DNA of 56,160 bases from Thelocarpon superellum (lineage: Eukaryota), in NCBI GenBank assembly GCA_026025795.1, contig JAPEUG010000074.1, positions 1 through 56,160 on the forward strand. The letters are read 5' to 3'. Made by a program: the position numbers and the translations under genes. Positions within the stretch are counted from its first letter, which is position 1. Each line of letters begins with the position of its first letter. The notes beneath the pieces are model-generated. The model was not told where the DNA came from. It did no database searches and was given only the letters and a program-made list of their open reading frames with translations. Shown piece after piece: positions 48,562-56,160 of this stretch.

Positions 48562-49700
48562 TCAGTAGCCGCTGGCGCCGACCACGCCGTGGGTCGAGTA
48601 ACCCCCTCCCATCTGCTGCTGCGCCGGCTGTGGTGGCGCGGCGGCAGCTTGGGGGTAGGTCGAACCTTGGTGAGCCTGTTGGTTCCGCAACCGCGTCAAG
48701 TCGGCAAACCATGGGTGGAGCAGGGCGTCTTTGGCGCTGATGCGATCTTCGGGCTTGAGCTGCAGCATGTGCGTCAGGAGATCGAGGCCGAGCTGGTCAA
48801 TCTGCGGCAAAATACGGTGGAGATCCTGCGTCGCGAAGACGGGGAAGTTGGTCTTGTACTCGGGGAATTGGGAGATGCCGCGCCACGATCGCTCCGATGG
48901 CGTGCCCATGAAACGGAAGATGCGCTGCAGTTGGTCTTCGTTGGTCGTGCCAGGAAACAAGGGTCGTCCGGTATACATCTCGGCCATGATACATCCCGCG
49001 GACCAGATGTCAATGCTCGTGTTGTACGTGCGGCTGCCCAGCAGCACGTCGGGCGCACGATACCACAGCGTCACCACCTCGTTGGAGAAGGTGTTGACGG
49101 GGATACCAAAGGCACGGGCCAGGCCAAAGTCGGCCAACTTCAGCTGGCCCTTGTTGTTGATCAGGAGATTTTGTGGCTTGAGATCGCGGTGGAGGACGCG
49201 GTTGTCGTGGCAGAAGGCGATGCCCTGCAGGAGCTGATGCATGAACGACTTGATGGTGACATAGTCCAGTTGACCGCGGTCGCCTCGCGAGTCCATGTAC
49301 TTCTTCAAGTCCTTGTCCATGTATTCGAAAACGAGCATGAGTTTGTTCTCCGTGTGGATGACATCGTAGAGCGACACGATATTCTCATGCTTGAGCTCCT
49401 TCATCAGCGAGATCTCGCGGATGGCCGTGGATGGCGTCCCTTCTTCCGAGTCGAGATGGATCTCTTTCAGTGCAACGAGCTCGCCGGTCTGCCGGTTTCG
49501 CCCCTTGAAGACCTACACCACGTCAGCGGGGTCCAGCCGAAATCGCGTGCATCCTCTTGGGACGCACCGTCGCATAGGTGCCCTGTCTGTGAATTAGCGT
49601 TGCCACCGGCCGGAGCATCTCGGCTGCCCGAGAGGAGAAGGCTGCGCACCTCTCCCAGCTTCTCGAGCTGCTGGAACGAGCTTGGATGTCGTTTATCCAT
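48562..49700 (-). CDS. PHO85: Pho85/PhoA cyclin-dependent kinase
   Basis: Exons 49700-49650, 49582-49568 (15-nt micro-exon GTYAT) and 49512-48562. Motifs [58 protein letters not shown]. Confidence 0.97.
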
Positions 49701-50218
49701 CTTCTCACGAAGTCTCCGCCTCTCCCAGACGCGAGCCAATACAGCCGCCGGAAAGCGGACCCGTGACGGAAACCTCCGACAATCTGATGGCAAGCTCTCC
49801 GGATGATCAGCGAGCTAGCTGCTGTCCCAGATCTCTGATGCTCAGTGGAACAGACGCCGAGTCACGATCATCAGGTGCCGGGTCTCCTGCGGCGGGCGCT
49901 TACCAAACACCCGAGCATAGTGTCACACGCTATCCTTTGTTGGTTGGCTTGGCGACTCGAAAGATGACATCCCGAGCGCAGGATCATGTGATTGATCACG
50001 TGCAATGTCTTTACGTCTTTCCGGGGTCTTCATGAATACGATGCAACAAACTTGCATGCTGGTCGATCCACGACCTTTCAAAGAGGCCTTTCCTGAATGA
50101 ATTCAGGACGCTAGTATCATTCAACGTCACCCGTACTAAACGACGCCAGATATCCGTCCAAGATTCGCCGTCCATGTCAACCACGGACATACCCCGCAAG
50201 CGTTATTTGGTGATTGGT

Positions 50219-51500
50219 TTACTCCGGGACCGTTTGGTTCGTATCACCCTCGGCGACACTGGGTAAACGATTCCGAGCAGCCCCACTTTGCCACGGGTTA
50301 GCGAAGCCGAACAGGACGTTCGCTCTGGATGATCGCAGGTCCGTGTCCGCGAGCTCGCTGACCACATCCCCTTGGATGGATGTAGGTGGTTGGCCCACGC
50401 TCTCTTCTTCGTGGTCGCGCCTCATCGTTGAAGCGGAGCCATCTGAACCCGTCCGATCGAAAGGTGGCCGGGTCACGTCGGAGCTTGGGCTGTGCGGGAT
50501 GTTCAGGTCTCCGAAGCATTCTCGTTGCGGGAGCCGGGGTATGTCGATGCCGACAAATCGATCAGACGCCGACTCGTCGGACTTGGCGGCCGCAGCGTAG
50601 TACCCGCTGGAGTCAACCCGCCCGGAGCCGGACAACGCGAAGATATCGGGATCACTGGTCTTGTGTTTGTGTTTCGGGCGGAAGAATCCCCGCGAACCGC
50701 CGTTGGCGTGGGAGGTTTGCCCTAGGGTTGAGGACCCATGACTCCAGCCACCGTGCGGGAGGTGGCGGGACCTTCTAAAGAGCCACGCCAAAACGGCGAC
50801 GACCACGAATAGACCCACGCCTACCCCCCCTCCGAGGCCACCGATGGCAGCAGGAGATAGGCCACCGCCTCCTCCAGTAAGCGCTGACGTGGACGACACT
50901 TTTGCGACGGGGGCAAAGGACGAGGTCGTCGTGTATGAAGAGGCCTTGGGGAATGCAGGTCCCGACGAGGTTGAGGCCGAAGCCGGGATATAGGCTGTCG
51001 CTACGACAGTGACTTGAGTGGTGGCGGACGACTGGGCGTCCGTGGTCACGACAGAGAGCGTGGCGACAAAGCTCGACGTAGTCCGGGGGTAGCAGGTGGA
51101 GAGGCCGCAGTCGAAGTCAGTGCCACAGCATCCGAAACCAAGCGTGGCCGGACACAAGGTCGAGCCTACGGCACAATTGTCGCTCGTCATCGAGAAGCCA
51201 CTGGGCGGGATGCATTCTGTTTGGGCACAGGCGAAGCCTGACGGACAGCAATCGCCTTGGATCGCCAGTCAGCGTCATTTCCGACGGACCGAAGTGCCTG
51301 ATCCTGAACGTACCGCCATCTTCTATCGCACACGCCGTGTAGCCCGACTGGCTGCAGGCAGCGGTCGCCGGTCCCTGGCTCTGGATGGGGCAATCGGTGA
51401 CGCCGCAGGACCGACCGGCGGGGCAGCAGCCTCCGTTGCCGCACAAATATAGGCCGGTGGGGCAGGTCTCGTCGCGCCTCGACAGTGATCGCCCAGGCAT
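50219..51500 (-). CDS. Cys-rich single-pass membrane protein (fungal cell-surface sensor-like architecture)
   Basis: Three C..C..G.CC...C...C repeats joined across an intron (about 51256-51312), then a Ser/Thr stalk, TM AAIGGLGGGVGVGLFVVVAVLAWLF followed by RR, and a cytoplasmic tail with SELAD. Confidence 0.75.
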
Positions 51501-52705
51501 GGCTCAGGGTCTGATGGAGGACATCACTGCATATTAATTAAGAGTACAGCCTGTTCAGAGTCATGCCTGCGTGCATTTGGAAGAACGAGCGAGGAGTAGA
51601 CTCGGCTCTGGGGTCGTACTGGGGAGAGGCGCCGAAGGGACCCCCGGCTGATGTGAGGCCTACCCTGCGCGTCGGGCGTCGCGACGCAGCTTGGCGGCAC
51701 GAGCATCTCGAGGAACTCCTCCTGACAAGTGGCGTCGCGGAGCCTCTAAAATGCTGCTCCACGTCTTCGTGGGACACTTCCGGTGTCGTGGCATTGCGTG
51801 GGCCGTGGTTGGGCGGGCCTAGGTGGTCCAGGTGCGTGCAGAAGATGTGGCTGACGCAGGATGGGGCACTCCGGCGCTGTGGTTGGCAGCGGTCTTGCGA
51901 GGCTTATCGGCGGTCCCGGGGCTCACCAATGTGCGCATAGGACCCCAATACAGAGTTCCGCACCCTCAACACACAATCCCAGCGTCGATTCTGGGGCCCG
52001 TCTGATGCGAGCATAAGCAGGAATACTTCATTGCTCACACATCCCCACAAGTCTCCGCGGCAAGTCGCGCTACTTCATCTGTCGTGTGGCCTGCGATTTG
52101 CACTAACATGGAATTACAAAACTACCCTCCGCGGTCCAACGTCCTTGCTCTGATTGTTGCTCTATTTCACCAATCATCATCCGCTTCTCTACGTGCTGTG
52201 GAGGCTCCATACGGGAGCTCGAGGCTTCTGAGTAAGCCGCCTCACGTGACCCACAATAGCTGTATAATAGAACGACGGATAGCTTCCGTAGAATAGACCA
52301 CCTATCTCCAGTGGAATAACCGGGGTACGTCAGTGCCCACTCAACGACAGTACGGAGTTTAGGTATACGAATGCGACACCTGCTATGCCCCAAGTACGAC
52401 CATTTTCATGTGCCGAATGCTCCCCTGCCTGATACTATCTGCTCTCGCTCTCCCTACGAGATTCTTGTCTCGCTCCAGGATCGATTGTGCGTTTTTATCG
52501 CGGGAGCCCACAAAAGTAGGAGCAGTCACCATCGCACCCAACAAGAAAGCACACGTGATGGGATGAGACCACCGAGAATGCGCGAGAGGGGCGGATGACG
52601 AATGGCCAAGTGCTTTTAGTTCTTCATGAGAGCGTGTGCGCAAAGGTAGAGCGTGCGCTTCGCGTTGTTGACCACCCTGTCGGTCTTTGAAAACAACAAC
52701 AGAGG

Positions 52706-54840
52706 ATGACTATTTGCTATCGTGCACTTCACATTCAAGTGATCTCTGACCCCTCGACAACTCAACGTGTTGTCGTCTTCCATCTTCACAGTCCCCGTCG
52801 TTCAAAAGAAGTTAACCGTACGTGTCGTGAGGTTCCTCTCCTTAAGGCCATCCATGGGCTTTACCCAACTTCCGCTCCGTTGAACGCAATGGAGTCCACC
52901 AAGCGTAATGAGGCAGCCCGGCCACGCTCTCCTGACCTTGTATTCCGCCGCGCTCCGAGCGGTGCCCTTCCACCACGAGGTTCCTCACCAGCGTGGGGAG
53001 GCCACTCATCTGACCGTGGCGCTGATGACATGGATCGCGTTGACTCGTGGCAACCGAATCGCTTCTATCACCGGCGATCAAGGATGAGAAAAGTGCGAGA
53101 GCAGCGGCAAGCACACCATTCCAATACGGTAAGACGTCCAGAAAAGGACAATTCTGGACGAGCCAAGCTCCCGGGATCAATCCTTTGGCCTGCCCGTACC
53201 CCAAGTCCTCCCGATGTGATCATGGGCATCCACCCGATCTCTCCTCGATCCGCTCTCCCGACAGTCGCCACAAGTGTGGCCCCACCTTCCGGAGAGGCAC
53301 CACACGGTCAACAAGGGCTACAGGCACCTCAGTCCTTCGATATGGCGTCCCCGCGTCCCCAGGACCATGCGTCAGAAGACACTCGACTGCAGCCTCTGCC
53401 GCCGGAACACCCACTGAAGGAACTGTACGAAGAAATGGTGCAGACGCGGGTCAGCCGGCGACTCGAGTGGGAATCATACAAGGCGATGCTAGGGCCCGAG
53501 GCAAACAACCCGGCCAACTACGACGTGCAAATGTGGGGGCAGGAAGAAAAGGTCGCCAACAACGCCATGGCGGAGCTCCAAAGCCAGATCCTCAAAGCCG
53601 AGATGCAACTTCCGGCCGGCCTTCTCGGTCTTCCTTCTGATAGACATGTCCGTCGCGGAAGAGGCGTGACGCATCGCCATCGGGAATCTTCGCCACCGAA
53701 GAGAAAGGTCACATACGGGAGGGGTCGCGAGATCCCATACGAAAGACAGGCACGCGGCCGCGGGCGTCTCCATCAGTCACGTCCATCTCCAGACATCCGA
53801 GGACGGCGCCCAAGAGACGAGCGAGTGATGTGGACGACCGAGCGGAGGGAGGAAAGCGTGCGGCAGTGGTTCCAGAAGATGAACGCGTCGGCGAGCCGAT
53901 CCGCGTCCCCGCCTCAAGTCGTCATCGATCGATCGACAGACGGATATGACGAGTCTGGCAATGGCGATTCTGTGCGAGATGAGGGCGTGCATGGAGATCT
54001 GGACATCATCCCCTCGCTCGCCCACTGGACCAGCGACGACGAGCGAGACTTCCAAGACGCCGAGGCAGAGCGCGAACGGCAGAGGCAGGAGGCGGCGGCC
54101 ATGTGGTCGGAAGTTCAATCTAACGCAACAGTTTTACCTCGACCTCCCACACCACGGCAAGACAATCACGTCACGAATCGGCCCGCCGAACCAGGGTTCG
54201 TCTTGTAGTCTGACTCAGAGAGCGGCATGGAGAGCGACACGGAGATCACGATTGAAAGCACTCCTCGGCGCGATCCCGATCCTGATCCCGGTCTCAATGT
54301 ACTCGAGGTGGTCGACACGCTCGATTTCAAGGAAATGGGCATCGACGTGGAAACCGGGGATATCGGATCCGGTGAGTATCTAGATATCGACGGCATCTTG
54401 AATACAGTACGCCCCGTTCCCTCTCCACTAACGCCAAGTTCCCCACACTGGCCAACAAGTGAGGGACAGTCTCCTCGTTGCATGCAGCGTGAACACTCGC
54501 CTGCCCTGTCCCTGGCCCCGCCCCGAGGTCGTACCGACGCGTTCGAAACTAGGCGCCAGCATTCGTTTCGCGTTTTAGACGAAGAGGACTTCGAACTGGC
54601 CGACGACACATCACGCGGTAAGGCATCTTGAAACCGCCTCGGCCCGGCACGGTGGCGCATCGTCTGCGGGCTCAGCGGGGACCGTTCGGGTCACTAACTC
54701 GTCCGCAACGCACTGTGCCAGGACCACCAGAGTCATGTAGCAGGCCGCTAGAGGTGTTGCCTGGACCGAGAGCAAAGACGACAAGACGTGGCCATTTCGA
54801 CATAGATTTGAATGGCGATAGTGACGATGGATGGGGTTAG
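52706..54840 (+). CDS. Orphan low-complexity protein gene interrupted by an in-frame TAG (54206-54208); edited/readthrough gene or young pseudogene
   Basis: ORFs 52706-54208 and 54227-54631 are in the same frame, separated by one TAG. An intron at 54618-54721 (GTAAGG, CTAAC, CAG) continues the frame to TAG 54838-54840. Start is ATG 52706 or 52889. Confidence 0.6.
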
Positions 54841-55233
54841 GCCGACGGTGATGAGGAGGATGAGGACGAGGACGATATGAGAGAGTGAACTGAGAGGAGG
54901 TAGGGGGGAACCACGGAAAAGATTGCCCGGTGATTCGATCTTTCCCCCGTTCACCAGGCCGAATCTCAGGGGACTCAATCGGAATCGGATCTTCGTCGGA
55001 CGTGCTCCCATCATCACTCATGGTCGATGACAAGGTGTCGTTGCTCGTACGTGAGGATATCTGGCGCTCCCCCAAGGTGCGCGCTGAAGATTGCATCTGC
55101 ATAGGACTATATCTGCCTCCGACCCGATGTCTTGCTCAAGGGAGCACCACGATGCTGACTCCTTCGCCATAACCATATACCTTGACCTTGCTCACCGTGC
55201 ATTTCGACGCTTCTTTCTTCCCTTACATGTGCC

Positions 55234-56160
55234 TTACATCACCTGCGACGACTTAGTGACGGGAAAGCTCTTTTAAGCACCGCACTGAGACGAGGCCATA
55301 CCGAGCAGTTCTCATCAAACGCGACCCCTGTCACTTCCCCTCCGGCTCCGCGGGTGGCCTGGCGCTCCCTTAGACCAGCAGCCAATTGCGCTAGCATGCC
55401 TCTCTGTGTGGTCCGAGATCATGCCGATCGATCAATCAGCCAAACCAGCCTAACCATTCGGCGAAATCCACGCCGATTCTATTCACGTGGGGAAGGAGAT
55501 CTCTACGCACGGTGATGTAGGCATCGCGCATGCCTTGGATGAGATTAGCGGACATGTTGGACGACGCCTCAGGGGACGTGAGCCCACGTACCGCCTTGCC
55601 TCTCCACATCGTTCTGGGACGTGATTTCGTAGGAACGATGCATGCGTTTTCGGCTTCGCAAGCCATTTGCCGCCACCTGTCGATCTTCGTTGGCATCGCC
55701 GTCACCATCGGAGCCGATCTCGTCACGGCCAGCATCCTCGTCGTGGACTGGTTGTCGGCGTCCGAAGCGCACTCGGCCGCCTAACTCTAGCGACGAGTAT
55801 CCCGTAGACGTGGTGTTTGCGAGATTGACCCCGTTTCGAGCGTCATCTTGCGCCCGCTGGTCAGGGGAGAAGATCTTAATCGTGTGGTCGATGCCTGAGA
55901 CGGCCATCATGGGTTCGTAAGGGTGGCCTATCTGCGGTCAGCACCAGGAACAAGACTCTGCGCCATCGTAGACCCACCTTGAATGACATTCACCACCTCA
56001 CCATCTCCCTCCAGAATGTTGAGCAGTTCCGACGTCTTCTTATCCCAGATAAAGACGTGACCAGAGTCACTCCCGCTGACGACGTACTCGTCGTTCAAGC
56101 CGTAGAAATTGACGTCCTTCACTGTCTTGACATTGCAATGTCCCCGGTATTGCCGAGTGT
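55234..56160 (-). CDS. 3' part of a WD40 protein, DCAF8/DCAF6 (Iqw1)-like CUL4-DDB1 substrate receptor; 5' end lies outside the window
   Basis: YRGHCNVKTVKDVNFYG..EYVVSGSDSGHVFIWDK...VVNVIQG/HPYEPMMAVSGIDHTIKIFSP. Four introns in the window. The spliced C-terminus is ...DENCSVM*. Confidence 0.88.

Noticed and set aside
48589..49806. 405-aa plus-strand ORF over PHO85
   Set aside because: Antisense shadow of the kinase gene.

Overview
Eukaryotic, GC-rich (about 60% by eye) filamentous ascomycete (Pezizomycotina-type) genomic DNA with short GT-AG introns (about 50-115 nt, CTRAC/CTAAT branch sites). No rRNA, tRNA, CRISPR or intact transposon was seen. Gene order: NNF1 (+), PH-domain protein (-), small conserved protein (+), G3BP/Bre5-like NTF2-RRM protein (+), septin-like GTPase with a C-terminal TM (+), HSP90 (+), GPI-anchored secreted protein (-), GH47 alpha-1,2-mannosidase (-), NUC-1/Pho4-like bHLH factor (+), Tho1-like SAP protein (-), 1580-aa protein with a C-terminal methyltransferase-like domain (+), orphan secreted protein (-), cAMP-receptor-like GPCR (-), Pho85/PhoA CDK (-), Cys-rich membrane protein (-), an orphan gene interrupted by in-frame TAG codons (+), and the 3' end of a DCAF8-like WD40 gene (-). 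Two leads stand out. (1) The orphan at about 52.7-54.9 kb keeps its frame and an intact intron beyond a single UAG, making it a candidate for A-to-I stop-codon correction or readthrough, or a young pseudogene. (2) A strand-specific, highly base-paired element of about 240 nt at 22.0-22.25 kb appears to lie in a long intron of a non-coding transcript and may be an unannotated ncRNA. All family assignments come from motif recognition by eye, not from database searches.
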